This document shows, in pieces, positions 1 to 11,330 of a DNA stretch of 64,000 nucleotides; within the stretch, counting starts at the first letter, position 1, and the number at the start of each line of letters is the position of its first letter. This DNA comes from an uncultured Fibrobacteria bacterium (GTDB taxonomy: Bacteria; Fibrobacterota; Fibrobacteria; UBA11236): NCBI GenBank assembly GCA_963716395.1, contig OY970309.1, forward strand, positions 1,728,001-1,792,000, written 5' to 3'. The translations under genes and the position numbers were made by a program. The notes beneath the pieces were generated by a model that ran no database searches, was not told the origin of the DNA, and saw only the letters and a list, made by a program, of their open reading frames with translations.

Positions 1-621
1 CGTGGGAATGCCGGCGCGTTGCAAATCCTCTTGCAGCCGCCAGGTGGGCGAAGGCGGCGCGGTGGGAAAATCCGCCCCCAGTCGTTCGGGATAAACATCG
101 GGCTTGCCCGGGATAGGGATAACCATGAGATCGATGCCGCGTTGGCGCAATTGATCGCGAAAGCGGAGAATGGCCACCAGCGGATTGCGGGGATTCACCC
201 ATTTCCCGTCCACCAAGGTGTCATAGGTGTCGGTGTAAAAACGCGGTACGTCGAACGGCGGCTGCACGAGATAATCCACGCCGGGCCGGTAAAACAGCCA
301 ACCGGCCTTTCCCGGCAGCGCCTTCACGCCCACATCGCCGAAAAGGTTATAGCGCCATTGAAAAACTTCGGGACGGATGGCTTTGGCGAAAATCGATCGG
401 TCCTTGGCCGCATCGTCCCAGCCGTGCAGGTTCGCCTTGGTGGGCCAATGTTCGAACAGCTCCAGTACATGCGGGGATTCATGTTGCACGGCCATCTCGT
501 AAATCGCTTGGGTCAAGGGAAAGCCCACGAGGATCAGCAGCAGGGAAAAGGTCACTGCGATTTGCAAAGGCTTCGAGGCCTTTGTCAATTCGAATGCGGA
601 AAGGGCTGGCGGTTTTTCCAT
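1..621 (-). CDS. AlgJ/AlgX-like SGNH O-acetyltransferase (partial, runs off window start)
   Basis: Manual translation from ATG 621: MEKPPALSAF..., one N-terminal TM segment, then G..GWLFY motif typical of AlgJ/AlgX; directly downstream of the MBOAT gene. Not in ORF track because it is truncated. Confidence 0.7.
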   Translation of the reverse strand, partial: MEKPPALSAFELTKASKPLQIAVTFSLLLILVGFPLTQAIYEMAVQHESPHVLELFEHWPTKANLHGWDDAAKDRSIFAKAIRPEVFQWRYNLFGDVGVKALPGKAGWLFYRPGVDYLVQPPFDVPRFYTDTYDTLVDGKWVNPRNPLVAILRFRDQLRQRGIDLMVIPIPGKPDVYPERLGADFPTAPPSPTWRLQEDLQRAGIPT

Positions 622-630
622 GGCGGAATC

Positions 631-2064
631 CTAAAATTGGAAATACAGAAAAGGGTTGAAGGCCTGCGTATACATCATGCACAGCCCGATGAGAAACAGG
701 CCGAAGGCCAAGGCGAATTTTCTCCAGGTGAGATTGTTCACGTATTCGTAAGCCTGCAACGGCTGGATCACCAGCACCGCGCAGATCGCCATGTTCAAGA
801 GGTGTTGGCGGCCGTAGAGCTCGGGCGTGAGAAAGGATGCGAAGGCCGACGCCGAACGAAGCGCCGTCATCGATCCCAAGTACTGAAAGGCATGGGGCAA
901 GCCTTTGGCGCGAAAGAAAACCCAGGTGATGAGCACGATGATAAAGGTGATGCCCACCCGCAAAGGACGGGGGCTGTTGGCATACCAGGGTTTTTTGCCG
1001 CCCCACCGTTCCAGGCCCAGCATGACGCCGTGAATGCCTCCCCAGAATATGAACTGCCATTCCGCGCCGTGCCAGAACCCGCCGAGCAGCATGACCAAGG
1101 CCAGATTGATATAGGTGCGGCGTTCGCCTTTCCGGTTTCCGCCCAAAGGAAAGTACAGGTATTCGCGCAGCCAACCCGACAGCGAAAGGTGCCATCGCCG
1201 CCAGAAATCGGTGATGCTTTCCGAATGGTAGGGCGCGTTGAAATTGCGCAGGAGATCGAAGCCGAACATGTGGCCCAATCCCAGGGCCATTACCGAATAG
1301 CCGTTGAAATCGAAATAAATCTGAAAGGCGTAGGCCAGCACGCCCCACCAGGCGTCGTACCAGCGCGGAGCTTGGGCGGCAAAGGCGGCATCGGCGATTT
1401 GCCCCACGGGATTGGCGAGCAAAATCTTCATGGCGAATCCCAGGAAAAACAGCACCGCGCCGCGGGTGAACAGGGTCAGCGAATGGCGGCGATCCTGCAG
1501 TTGCGGCGCCAGCAGGTGGTAGCGCAGAATGGGACCAGCCACGAGCTGGGGAAACAGCGACACGAAGCAGGAATAATCGGCGAAGGCGCGCACGGGTTTC
1601 AGACCCCGGTACACGTCGATGATATAGCTCATGCTGTGAAAGGTGTAGAACGAGATGCCGATGGGAAAGGCGATGCGCAGCACCCGGAACATGGGCGCGC
1701 CCACCAAGGTCAGCAGATGATTCAAGTTGACCTGGGTGAACACGCCGTATTTGAACACGGCCAGAAGGCCGAGGTTGACGCACAGCGAAATGATCAACAT
1801 GGTCTTGCGGCGCGAGGGCGTAAGGTCTTCGCGCCCCAACTGAATACCCAGGAAATAATCGACGATGTTGGTGAACAGCATGGGCAGCACGAACCAGGGC
1901 TGGAACCACGAATAGAAGGCGTAGCCGGCCAGCGTCAGCCAGATATTGCGGAAGAGATAGCGTGATTGGCCGGGTTTCGGGTTCCGGCGATACGGGAGCA
2001 GATAATAAACGAGCAATGCCAGCGGCAGGAAGTAGAAGAGAAAGACTTCTTCGGTGAAGACCAT
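631..2064 (-). CDS. algI: MBOAT family O-acyltransferase (AlgI/DltB-like)
   Basis: Motifs PIGISFYTF, FPQLVAGPILRY, QIYFDF, NFNAPY, FWRRWHLSLS, GFWHGA and C-terminal PFLYFQF. Confidence 0.92.
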   Translation of the reverse strand: MVFTEEVFLFYFLPLALLVYYLLPYRRNPKPGQSRYLFRNIWLTLAGYAFYSWFQPWFVLPMLFTNIVDYFLGIQLGREDLTPSRRKTMLIISLCVNLGLLAVFKYGVFTQVNLNHLLTLVGAPMFRVLRIAFPIGISFYTFHSMSYIIDVYRGLKPVRAFADYSCFVSLFPQLVAGPILRYHLLAPQLQDRRHSLTLFTRGAVLFFLGFAMKILLANPVGQIADAAFAAQAPRWYDAWWGVLAYAFQIYFDFNGYSVMALGLGHMFGFDLLRNFNAPYHSESITDFWRRWHLSLSGWLREYLYFPLGGNRKGERRTYINLALVMLLGGFWHGAEWQFIFWGGIHGVMLGLERWGGKKPWYANSPRPLRVGITFIIVLITWVFFRAKGLPHAFQYLGSMTALRSASAFASFLTPELYGRQHLLNMAICAVLVIQPLQAYEYVNNLTWRKFALAFGLFLIGLCMMYTQAFNPFLYFQF

Positions 2065-2309
2065 TGTATTCTAGCCGTGGTAAAAGCCAGAAAGTAGCAT
2101 TGACGGCACCGGCCGATAACCAGGGGCGGCCGAGTGAATCCAATCAGCGCCTTGTTTCTGCCAGCATGAAAAACGAAAATTTTGCTGTAAAAAATCGACT
2201 ACTTTCGGCGTTCGCAGCGATATTCTTTTCGTCGTGACTGTTTGCGACTTCGGGCGCAGGCTTTGAGTCCGTCGCCTTAGCACAACAGGCCGCGTTGGGT
2301 GTGCGCAGT

Positions 2310-3188
2310 TCAGCCGACGGACCGGATTTCTTCCACCATGCGGAGCGCTTCGGCCGTGGCGCCTACGTCATGCACGCGTAGAATCGATACGCCTTTGAGG
2401 GCCGCGTACAGTGCCATCGCCACGCTGGGATGCAGCCGGTCGCTCTGTTCGAGCCCGGGCGTCTTGCCGATGAACGATTTGCGGCTGTGGCCGAGCAGCA
2501 CCGGGCAGCCGATGGACGCGAGCGTTTCCAAATGTTCGATGAGGGCGTAGTTGTCTTGCGGGCGCTTGCCGAAACCGATGCCGGGATCCACGGCCATGCA
2601 TTCCTGCGGATATCCCGAGGCGGATAGGGCCCGCACCCGCTCCCGGAGATAATCCAACACTTCCTGCGGTGCATCGACATAGCCGGGGTTGACCTGCATG
2701 GTACGGGGAGTCCCCTGCATGTGACCCAGCACCACGCCCGCGCCGTAGGGAAGCGGAACCGCAGCCATTTCCGCATCGGCTGTCAAGGCGGAGATGTCGT
2801 TGACGATGGCGGCCCCCGCATCCAGGGCCGCCCGCGCCACGCCGGCTTTCTGGGTGTCGATGGAAACCGGAACTTCGAAGCGGCGTACGATGGCGTCGAT
2901 CACGGGAGCGACGCGCCCGCATTCTTCGGCGGCGGAAACCGGCGCGGCTCCAGGCCGCGTGCTTTCACCGCCCACATCCACAAGGTCGGCGCCTTCGGAA
3001 AGCATTTCTTCGCAGCGCCGCAACGCCGCATCCACGCTTTGATGCCGGCCGCCGTCGAAAAAAGAATCAGGGGTCACATTCAGGATGCCCATGAGCAAGG
3101 GGCGGAGACCGCCCAGAACCCGGCCGCGGATCTTCCAGGGCCGGGGAGACATGCCAGCGATGGGGCGGCCCCAAACGGAATCAGTCAT
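2310..3188 (-). CDS. folP: Dihydropteroate synthase
   Basis: MGILNVTPDSFFDGG, GGESTRPG, DPGIGFGK, SRKSF, RVHDV; follows ftsH as usual. Confidence 0.97.
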   Translation of the reverse strand: MTDSVWGRPIAGMSPRPWKIRGRVLGGLRPLLMGILNVTPDSFFDGGRHQSVDAALRRCEEMLSEGADLVDVGGESTRPGAAPVSAAEECGRVAPVIDAIVRRFEVPVSIDTQKAGVARAALDAGAAIVNDISALTADAEMAAVPLPYGAGVVLGHMQGTPRTMQVNPGYVDAPQEVLDYLRERVRALSASGYPQECMAVDPGIGFGKRPQDNYALIEHLETLASIGCPVLLGHSRKSFIGKTPGLEQSDRLHPSVAMALYAALKGVSILRVHDVGATAEALRMVEEIRSVG

Positions 3189-3226
3189 GTTTACGAAATC
3201 GCGGCGAGGCGGCCGCGCTGCCGGAC

Positions 3227-5317
3227 TCAGGCCGCGGTGTCGACGCTGCGGCCCTTTTTGTCTTCTTCAGCCTGGGCCAAAACTTCGGATTGCCTTTCGC
3301 TGCGGCCCTGTAAAAAGGTGCGGCTCTTGCGCGAAGACCCGGTCAATTCGCCCTTGATGGCTTTTTGAATTTCGTCCGCTTCCAGCACTTCATGTTCGAG
3401 CAGGGATTCGGCCAGATGCACCAGTTCCTGGCGGTGGTCGCGCAGCAAGCCGGCGACGCGTTCCATCTGGGTATCGACGATTTGGCGCACCACGCGGTCG
3501 ATTTGCACGGCCGTGGCTTCGGAGTAATCGCGATGTTGGGCGATTTCGCGCCCCAAAAAGATCTCTTCCTGTTTTTTGCCGAAGGAGATGGGCCCCAATT
3601 CCGACATGCCCCACTCGCACACGTATTTGCGCGCCAGCTCGGTAGCTTTTTCGATGTCATTCGAGGCGCCGGTGTTCATCTGGTTGAAGACGAGCAATTC
3701 GGCGCCGCGGCCGCCCATGAGAATGGCGATCTTGTCGAGAATGTAGCGCGAATCGACCGTGTACTTGTCTTTTTCCGGAAGTTGAAAGGTGATGCCCAAG
3801 GCCCGGCCCCGGGGTATGATGGTGATTTTGTGCAGCGGATCGGCATGCTCCATTTTCAATGAAATGATGGCGTGCCCGGCCTCGTGATAGGCGGTGGTGC
3901 GCCGCTCCTCTTCGCTCAGGATGCGCGAGAAACGCTCCGAACCCATCATCACCTTGTCTTTGGCCTCTTCGAAATCGAGCATGGCGACCTTGTCGTTGCC
4001 GAAACGCGCGGCCAGCAAGCAGGCTTCGTTGACCAGGTTTTCCAGATCAGCCCCGGCGAGACCCGGCGTGCCCTTGGCGATTTTGACGATGTCGACGTTT
4101 TCATTCAACGGAATTTTGCGCTTGGCCAAATGCACGCGCAGTATGCCTTCGCGACCATGCGCATCGGGCAGGTCGACCACCACCTGGCGGTCGAAACGTC
4201 CCGGCCGAAGCAGCGCCGGATCCAAAACATCGGGCCGGTTGGTGGCCGCGATGAGAATGACTCCGTCGCTGCCCGAAAAGCCGTCCATTTCCACCAAGAG
4301 CTGGTTCAAGGTCTGTTCGCGTTCATCGTGGCCGCCGCCCAGGCCCGCGCCGCGATGCCGGCCCACGGCGTCGATTTCATCGATGAAGACAATACAGGGC
4401 GCGTTTTTCTTGCCCTGCTCGAACAGGTCGCGCACGCGGGAAGCACCCACGCCTACGAACATTTCGACGAAATCCGAACCCGACATGCTGAAGAAGGGAA
4501 CTTCGGCTTCCCCGGCCACGGCCTTGGCCAACAGGGTTTTACCCGTGCCCGGAGGACCCAGGAGCAGGACGCCTTTGGGAATGCGTCCACCCAGCCGGGA
4601 GAATTTGTTCGGGTCTTTCAGAAACTCGATCACTTCATGCAATTCCTGCTTGGCCTCGTCGCAGCCGGCCACGTCTTTGAACGTGACCTTGGGACGGTTT
4701 TCATCCAGCAGGCGCGGGCGTATTTTCCCGAAGTTGAACAGTCCCCTCGGGCCGCCCATTTGACCCTGGCGCGCCATCATGAACCAGAAAAGGGCGATGA
4801 GCAGCACCAGGGGAAAGAAGGTGCTGAAATAGCTGAACCAACGCGTCTCGCGGGTAAATTCGACGCTCGTGCCGCGTGCAATCAGGCTGTGCAGCATATC
4901 CAGCATGGGTGCGTCGATGTCGGGCAGCAAGGTCTTGAACCGCATGGTGTGGCCCTGAAAAGCGCCCTGCTCGCGCTTGGAGGCCTGCTCTTCCGGCGTC
5001 AGCGGATGTTCGCCCACCAGCACATAGCCTTCGCCGATGCGCGTGATTTTCACCGAGCTGATAACGAAATTGGTGTCGGAAATGAGCTGGCGGAATTCGG
5101 AATAGGTCTTGTCTTCGATCTGATTTTGCGAGTCGAGTAATTGCACCAAAAGCACCGAAACCCCGATCATGACGAGCAACAGAACCAGGTTCTTGTTGCG
5201 CCACTTATTGCCGGGGGGCAAACCGGGCTTGGAATCTTCGGCCTTGCGCCGCTTGGGCGCATTGGTCTTTTTTTCCTCGACGAGGTGGTTTTTTTTGTCT
5301 TCCAGGGAACTGGCCAT
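3227..5317 (-). CDS. ftsH: ATP-dependent zinc metalloprotease FtsH
   Basis: Two TM segments, Walker A GPPGTGKT, Walker B FIDEID, SRH RPGRFDR, zinc motif HEAGH. Confidence 0.98.
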   Translation of the reverse strand: MASSLEDKKNHLVEEKKTNAPKRRKAEDSKPGLPPGNKWRNKNLVLLLVMIGVSVLLVQLLDSQNQIEDKTYSEFRQLISDTNFVISSVKITRIGEGYVLVGEHPLTPEEQASKREQGAFQGHTMRFKTLLPDIDAPMLDMLHSLIARGTSVEFTRETRWFSYFSTFFPLVLLIALFWFMMARQGQMGGPRGLFNFGKIRPRLLDENRPKVTFKDVAGCDEAKQELHEVIEFLKDPNKFSRLGGRIPKGVLLLGPPGTGKTLLAKAVAGEAEVPFFSMSGSDFVEMFVGVGASRVRDLFEQGKKNAPCIVFIDEIDAVGRHRGAGLGGGHDEREQTLNQLLVEMDGFSGSDGVILIAATNRPDVLDPALLRPGRFDRQVVVDLPDAHGREGILRVHLAKRKIPLNENVDIVKIAKGTPGLAGADLENLVNEACLLAARFGNDKVAMLDFEEAKDKVMMGSERFSRILSEEERRTTAYHEAGHAIISLKMEHADPLHKITIIPRGRALGITFQLPEKDKYTVDSRYILDKIAILMGGRGAELLVFNQMNTGASNDIEKATELARKYVCEWGMSELGPISFGKKQEEIFLGREIAQHRDYSEATAVQIDRVVRQIVDTQMERVAGLLRDHRQELVHLAESLLEHEVLEADEIQKAIKGELTGSSRKSRTFLQGRSERQSEVLAQAEEDKKGRSVDTAA

Positions 5318-5406
5318 AAATGCGCGGGAATCCTCCCGAATCGAAAAATACTCTCTATTGTCGGGAAAATTTTCCCGGATTAAAAGAGAAATTGAGCTTG
5401 TGAGGC

Positions 5407-6453
5407 CTATTCGTTTGCTTTAAAGGGCAAAATGCTCAGCGTTCGACCGGTCAAAGACCAGATTTGGTTGCGATTGGCGTCGACGCCGAGTTCCGAACCG
5501 TCGAATTTCAGCAGCGGCCTCTGCGGAGCCTTGGCCGTGATGGCGTGGCTACGGATCCAGGTCGGGTACAAACTGGAATACAACGAATCTCCCGGCAACA
5601 GCATGATGCGGAAATGCCGGAACCAAAGCGTTCCCCCTTCGGACTGAAGCGCCAGCACGCCCTTGGTGAGATACTTGACCACTTGGTTGGCATTGTTGGG
5701 CGGGGCTACGCGCGGATTCGTGTATTGCATCACTTTCTGACCGTCGATGAAATGGCGCGTGGTGTCGCTGCCATGCGATTCCACCTCGATGGTGATCCAG
5801 CCGCCGTTGTTGAGAGCCGCTGGTCGGGGCTGCTGCCACCCCGCAAATCCCACACACAAATTGTCGTTGACGGTCGAGTTTCCCCCATCGCCGCCCCAAT
5901 CGATTTCCGGCGCGGTGCTGTCGGCCTGCATGCGATTATTGACCACCTTGGCATGCACGGTAATCCAGGTCCCCACCGGAGACTTGCCGGCCCATTCGCC
6001 CAAGGCCCAAACCTGGCCCATGCCCTGATTGGGATCCCCTTGGCATTCCACCGAGCGGGGGTAGCTGCCGCCTTCCGTCGTATCGTTGATTTGGATTTTG
6101 GTGATGAGACCCGAATTGCAGAGAGCGCCGGGCCAGCGCACCTGCACCTGGGCGCGGTAATAGGAGAAATTCTGGTGGAGCATGAGCAAGGCGTACGGAT
6201 TCCCGCTGGTGGCGATGGTGTCTCCGCCCACGATGGTAAAGGGACCGCCCGGAAAAGCCTCATGGGCCTGGCTGGGAGGTTTATTCCCTTCGTTCGACGT
6301 GTAGTCGTAAAAGTCGCTGGTGTTGTTACCGCGGAACAAATCGATCCAGCCCGAGTCATCGGGTTGGGGAAGAACCACGGGTTGCACGGGTTGGGCGCCG
6401 GCAATTCCCGCAGCCATCAAAATCGCGGTTGCAGGGGTCGGAAAAATGTTCAT
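5407..6453 (-). CDS. Secreted DUF1080 (3-keto-disaccharide hydrolase-like) protein
   Basis: Signal peptide [20 protein letters not shown]; [28 protein letters not shown] motifs; start overlaps upstream stop (ATGA). Confidence 0.75.
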   Translation of the reverse strand: MNIFPTPATAILMAAGIAGAQPVQPVVLPQPDDSGWIDLFRGNNTSDFYDYTSNEGNKPPSQAHEAFPGGPFTIVGGDTIATSGNPYALLMLHQNFSYYRAQVQVRWPGALCNSGLITKIQINDTTEGGSYPRSVECQGDPNQGMGQVWALGEWAGKSPVGTWITVHAKVVNNRMQADSTAPEIDWGGDGGNSTVNDNLCVGFAGWQQPRPAALNNGGWITIEVESHGSDTTRHFIDGQKVMQYTNPRVAPPNNANQVVKYLTKGVLALQSEGGTLWFRHFRIMLLPGDSLYSSLYPTWIRSHAITAKAPQRPLLKFDGSELGVDANRNQIWSLTGRTLSILPFKANE

Positions 6454-8228
6454 GGTACCGCCACGCGTTGAGTGATGGAAGTCTTTTGATTGCCGAGCCG
6501 AAGGAGGTAAATGCCGTGGCCGTAGGTTTTGGAGGATTGCCATTGCCCGTTATCGTTATTGAGATTTCGGGCGGTTTCCAGCACGCGGCCATTGAGGCTG
6601 ATCACCTGGGCCTTCTCCACACCCGTGTACCAGGTGGCCTGCAGGCGGCCTCCGGGAGCGGCGGAGGCCCGTACGTTCCAACGATTGGCGTTGCCTTGCA
6701 GGCGTTGGTTCTCGATCACGCCGACGGGTGTGCCGGGACCGAAATTGTTCAGGGTGTACCAGAAACGATCGCTCCACATCGTTCGGCCCGAAACCGAGGC
6801 AATCCCAGAGAATTTGATATAAACCAAGTCGCCTTGCGTGAGTCCGTTGATGGTCAAGGTGGCCGTCATGCCGTCGGAACTCAAGGTGGCGGATTGAACG
6901 GTCAGGTTTTTCGTGGCTCCCGTGCAACAGCCGTAAGACTCAGAACTAGGGCTCGGGATGATGTAGTTCCATTCTTGCGCGGTGAAATTGGAGGCGCTCA
7001 CGGCTTTCGCTGGTTCGGTGAAATCAAGGGCGAAGGTGGTGGTGCCCGTGGAACGAACGTCGAGTACATCGAAGACGGGCGTGTTGTTTTCCACCATGCG
7101 CTGTAAGCCATAATACTGGCTATTCCAACTCCAGCCGTACCAGACACTGTTGTCGACTCCGATGCCGCCCAGGTAAATGGCACCGTCGGGGCCGACGACC
7201 ATGCGATTGACACCTGCCTGCAAGCCGCCGGAAAAGCGGAAGACCGCACCCTGGTATTCCCCGTTCACCTTTTCCAGGGCAATACGGGCCAGGCATCCCA
7301 GATTGTTGTCTCCCACCAGCATTTGGTGGGCGAAGAGTCCGCTGGTCAAATACACCGGTTGGGTGTTGGAGATTCCCAGATTGTCGATTGAACTCCCGTA
7401 CGGTATCCACACCACGGGCGGGGTGGCGGGCGTGTTTTGAAAAGGACTGGCCTGGTTTTTAATCACGCTGAAAAAACGCCCCTGCTTGACCTGCACGAGC
7501 TTGTCGGCGGGAACATAATCGCCCTGGTTGTCGGTGACGAAAATGCCGTCTTCGGGGCCGATAACCATGCCATTCGGAGAGCGTATGCCGCAGGATAGGG
7601 TATCGAAGCCGGCTTTCCCCAGGGTCAATCCGATGACGCATCCCCGTTCCGGCGACTGGACGTCCCCTAATGGCCAATCTGTGGCCAAGCCCACGACGAA
7701 GCGATTGTCGGGCGCAGGGGTGTACACCAAGCCCTCGGAAAATTCCAAATCTTTGCCGCCATTGTTGGGTGCGGCGGCGTTGCGATGCCAACCGCCACCG
7801 ACTTTTTTCTTGGAAAGAAGCTTGGTGTCATTGGTGGAATCGAGCACCAATTGCACCAGCGAATCCATGTCAACCTCATAAACCTGGCCGTTCACCACCT
7901 TAAGGCCGAGCGGTTCGTTCAGGTTGCTGGCTAAAGTGCTGACGGTAATCTTCGTCGAATCTCCGCTTTCCACGTTTTTCAAGATGTAGGCGTTGCCGGG
8001 TCCACCCGGTGAGGTGTTGCCGAACCCATACCAAGTGGTCACCACCAGATCACCGTTGGGTAAAAAATCCAGACCGCTGACTTGAGGGTTGAATCCCGGA
8101 GGCCGCAAACTGGAAATGGTGAAGTGGGGGTAAACGGGGGGAACCACCGGCTGGGCGACTGAGATTATTGGCAATGCGAAAACGGCTAAGGTGTTAAGCC
8201 GAAAGGTTTTTCTCAAGTCAAAAGCCAT
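6450..8228 (-). CDS. Secreted GSDH/PVC-type beta-propeller protein with T9SS-like C-terminal tail
   Basis: Signal peptide; GLDFLPNGDL, EPLGL, GIRSPNG, TDNQGDYVP, YQGAVFRFSGGLQAG motifs; tail ISLNGR...GIYLLRL. Confidence 0.65.
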   Translation of the reverse strand: MAFDLRKTFRLNTLAVFALPIISVAQPVVPPVYPHFTISSLRPPGFNPQVSGLDFLPNGDLVVTTWYGFGNTSPGGPGNAYILKNVESGDSTKITVSTLASNLNEPLGLKVVNGQVYEVDMDSLVQLVLDSTNDTKLLSKKKVGGGWHRNAAAPNNGGKDLEFSEGLVYTPAPDNRFVVGLATDWPLGDVQSPERGCVIGLTLGKAGFDTLSCGIRSPNGMVIGPEDGIFVTDNQGDYVPADKLVQVKQGRFFSVIKNQASPFQNTPATPPVVWIPYGSSIDNLGISNTQPVYLTSGLFAHQMLVGDNNLGCLARIALEKVNGEYQGAVFRFSGGLQAGVNRMVVGPDGAIYLGGIGVDNSVWYGWSWNSQYYGLQRMVENNTPVFDVLDVRSTGTTTFALDFTEPAKAVSASNFTAQEWNYIIPSPSSESYGCCTGATKNLTVQSATLSSDGMTATLTINGLTQGDLVYIKFSGIASVSGRTMWSDRFWYTLNNFGPGTPVGVIENQRLQGNANRWNVRASAAPGGRLQATWYTGVEKAQVISLNGRVLETARNLNNDNGQWQSSKTYGHGIYLLRLGNQKTSITQRVAVP

Positions 8229-8453
8229 TTTCCGTCTCCCCAAAACAGAATTGCAAAATATGTTGCCGTAAAATTGAGTTATTGAATCACTCGCGGTTTT
8301 TCCCTCATGCAAGGGGTGCGATAAAGATATGCGGGGGGATTGGTTCGCATCCTGGAAAACTAAAGGCGTAACGTGACTTAATTTGCTTCGGTGATGTTAT
8401 TTATTTGTTTAGACGATCCATTTATACTTTGAACAACATGCGTAATTAGAGCT

Positions 8454-9452
8454 TCAATGTAGTGCTGGACGAAGGGGTTTTACCCGTTTGCGAGCCAGGG
8501 GCACCAAGGTTCCGTTGCATTCACGGAGAACCATGGTGTCGTTCACGCGCACTTCGACCTGGCGGCGGGGTTGTCGCGCCTGACGCAGGATTTCCGCCAA
8601 TAATTGCGGAACGGGATTTTCCACCCCGAGCAGGGGAAGTGAAGATCGCAAGGCGTCGCCGCCGGCTTCGTCGTCGCGCAGCCACTCCATGGGAATGCCC
8701 CCGCGTTGCCGCACCGTGTCGGCCGGGTATTCTTGGTTCCGCCATTTTTCCCAAGCGGGCTGAAGCGCGGCGGCCTTGCGCGTCAGCCGAAAAATTTTTC
8801 CGTCGAGATCGGGTTCTTGTTCCCGCCAAGGCGGCAGCAGATGATGGCGCACCCAATTGCGGGGAATGTTCACATCAGCATTGCTTTCATCTTCGCGCCA
8901 CTCCGCGCCGATGCCGGTCAGCCAGTTTTTCAATGCGTCGCGTGAAATCGGCAAAAGCGGACGCAACACGCCGTCTTGCCGGCGAAAAACGATTCCACCC
9001 AAGCCTGCGAATCCGGTACCCCGCTGCATGCGCAGACAAAAGGTCTCGACCACGTCATCCCGGTGATGCGCCGTGAGGATGAAATCCGCGGCGAATTTTT
9101 TTTTCGCAACGGCGAAGGCGGCATAACGTTTTTCGCGCCCCCACATTTCCAGCGATTGCCTCCGCCGACGCGAACCCGGCTCCAGAACGGCGATGTGCAC
9201 GGGGATGTTCCGCGCGCCACAGAGTTTTTCCACGAAGGTTTGATCGGCCTCGGAAGCGGCGCGCAGCCGATGATTGATGTGAATAGCGAAAAGTTTGCAG
9301 CCAAAACGCGGCGTGACTTCGCGGGTGAAAAATTCCAGCATGGCCACGGAATCGCAGCCGCCGGAAACCGCCAGCAACAAAGATTTGCCGGCGGGGTCGA
9401 AATTTTCGCCGGCCCAAAACCTTTGTACGGCGTCGAACCAGGCAGGCGGCAT
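8454..9452 (-). CDS. tilS: tRNA(Ile)-lysidine synthetase
   Basis: PP-loop AVSGGCDS, HINHRLR, TAHHRDD..ET, RPLL, DESN, RNWVRH; short form without the C-terminal domain. Confidence 0.92.
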   Translation of the reverse strand: MPPAWFDAVQRFWAGENFDPAGKSLLLAVSGGCDSVAMLEFFTREVTPRFGCKLFAIHINHRLRAASEADQTFVEKLCGARNIPVHIAVLEPGSRRRRQSLEMWGREKRYAAFAVAKKKFAADFILTAHHRDDVVETFCLRMQRGTGFAGLGGIVFRRQDGVLRPLLPISRDALKNWLTGIGAEWREDESNADVNIPRNWVRHHLLPPWREQEPDLDGKIFRLTRKAAALQPAWEKWRNQEYPADTVRQRGGIPMEWLRDDEAGGDALRSSLPLLGVENPVPQLLAEILRQARQPRRQVEVRVNDTMVLRECNGTLVPLARKRVKPLRPALH

Positions 9453-9470
9453 GGCGTGGAACCAACCCCG

Positions 9471-9866
9471 TCAACCCGGCGGGGCGATGGGACTTCCCTG
9501 CCGGACCCAGGCGTCGTTTTCGAATTTGCGGAAGAAACAACTGCGATACCCTTCATGACAGGCCGCGCCGTTTTGCTCGACGCGGAACACCAAGGCGTCG
9601 CCGTCGCAGTCGAGTCGCGCCTCGACCAAGCGCTGCGTATGCCCCGAGGTTTCGCCTTTGACCCAGAGCGTTTGGCGTGAACGCGACCAGTAGGTCATGC
9701 GCCCGGTTTCCAAAGTGCGCCGCAGGGCTTCGGCATTCATATGCGCGAGCATGAGTACGGACCCGTCGCCGGCGTCGACGGCCACGGCCGTGACCAGCCC
9801 TTGCGCGTCAAACTTGAGGTCGCGCAGCCAATCCGGCCCGACGAGGGCATTCAGGTCCGATTTCAT
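9471..9866 (-). CDS. hisI: Phosphoribosyl-AMP cyclohydrolase
   Basis: [31 protein letters not shown]. Confidence 0.96.
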   Translation of the reverse strand: MKSDLNALVGPDWLRDLKFDAQGLVTAVAVDAGDGSVLMLAHMNAEALRRTLETGRMTYWSRSRQTLWVKGETSGHTQRLVEARLDCDGDALVFRVEQNGAACHEGYRSCFFRKFENDAWVRQGSPIAPPG

Positions 9867-10040
9867 AAGGGGATCATTCCGTGCCGAAGTGAGTTGCAGT
9901 GAGCCGATTCCCCAGCACCCGGAAAGAATTTCCGCACGGAATGAGGCGAGCATCGGATTGCAAATAGTGCGAAGAGCAGACCGGCATCCGAAGCGCAGCC
10001 GAATGAGTACGGAAAATCTTTCCGGGCGCGAACCACCCTT

Positions 10041-11300
10041 TCATTTGCGGACATGGCCCTTGCCTTCCACAATCCACTTGTAGGTGGTGAGGCTGTCGAT
10101 GCCCATGGGGCCGCGCGCATGCAGCTTGCCCGTGCTGATGCCCACTTCGGCGCCGAGCCCGTACTCGCCGCCGTCGGCGAAGCGGGTCGAGGCATTGACC
10201 ATCACCGAAGAACTGTCGACGCCGGCCACAAAAGCTTTTTGCACCGCGGCGGATTCGGCCACCACCGCGTCGGTGTGTTCGGAACCGTGGCGTGCGATGT
10301 GTGCCATGGCGCCCTGCACGCCGTCGACCACCTTGACCGAACATTTCAAATCGAGGTATTCGGTGTCATAGCTGCGGTCGGTGGCGGGCTTCACCTCCGC
10401 GCTCAAACGCCGCGCTTCTTCATCGCCGAACAATTCCACGCCCTGGGCCGCCAAGCCGTTGAGCAAGGCCGTCCCCACGCCGGGTTTCAGTTTGCGATCC
10501 AAGAGCAAGGTCTCCATGGCATTGCAGACGCCGGGCCGCTGCGCCTTGGCGTTCACCACGATGGCGGCCGCGGCTTTGGGATCGGCGCTGCGATCGACAT
10601 ACACGTGGCAAATGCCCTGATAATGTTTGACCACGGGCACGCGAGACTTTTCCGCCACGGCGCGAATCAGGGCTTCGCCGCCGCGCGGGATCACGAGGTC
10701 GAGATGGGCTTCGTCGCGCAGCAAGGGATCGAGCAGGGCGCGATCGGGCGTGTTCACGATTTGCGCCGCGGTTTCGGGCAGGCCGGCCGCGCGCAAAGCT
10801 TCGGAAATGCAGGCGCCGAAGGCCGCGTTGGTGCGATGCGCTTCCTTACCGCCGCGCAGAATCACGGCGTTGCCGCTTTTGAGGCATAGCGCCGCGCCGT
10901 CGATGGTGACATTGGGGCGCGACTCGTAGATGAACAGTACGGTGCCGATGGGCACCGACACACGGGAGATCTTCAGGCCGTCCGGGCGGCGGTGTTTCTC
11001 CAAGACCCGGCCCACCGGATCGGGTAATTTTGCGATTTCGATCACGCTTTTTGCGACACCTGCCAGACGCTTGGGATTCAAGAGCAGGCGGTCGAGCATA
11101 GCCGAAGACAGGCCTTGGCTCCGGCCTTCCTGCAAATCTTCGGCATTGGCCGCGAGAAGGGCTTTTTCTTCCCGCAGCAGGATTTTGGCCAGCGCCCGCA
11201 GCGCACGGTTACGCTGCGCCCCCGAAGCGGTGCGCAAAACCCGAGCCGCGGCCTTGGCGTTTTCGCCCAGGGTCCGCGCGTATTCCGATAACGAATCCAT
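10041..11300 (-). CDS. proA: Gamma-glutamyl phosphate reductase
   Basis: IYESRPNVT, KSGNAVILRGG, CNAMETLL, NASTRFADG, GISTGKLHARGPMG. Confidence 0.97.
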   Translation of the reverse strand: MDSLSEYARTLGENAKAAARVLRTASGAQRNRALRALAKILLREEKALLAANAEDLQEGRSQGLSSAMLDRLLLNPKRLAGVAKSVIEIAKLPDPVGRVLEKHRRPDGLKISRVSVPIGTVLFIYESRPNVTIDGAALCLKSGNAVILRGGKEAHRTNAAFGACISEALRAAGLPETAAQIVNTPDRALLDPLLRDEAHLDLVIPRGGEALIRAVAEKSRVPVVKHYQGICHVYVDRSADPKAAAAIVVNAKAQRPGVCNAMETLLLDRKLKPGVGTALLNGLAAQGVELFGDEEARRLSAEVKPATDRSYDTEYLDLKCSVKVVDGVQGAMAHIARHGSEHTDAVVAESAAVQKAFVAGVDSSSVMVNASTRFADGGEYGLGAEVGISTGKLHARGPMGIDSLTTYKWIVEGKGHVRK

Positions 11301-11330
11301 GGGATGAAAACTAGAACTTGGGGCTGAACG

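Noticed and set aside
19-1965. 648-aa plus-strand ORF and many other long antisense/alternate-frame ORFs (e.g. 3872-5140, 31128-32804, 42580-43794, 58789-60012)
   Set aside because: Shadow ORFs of GC-rich genes; they fully overlap well-supported CDSs and show no motifs.
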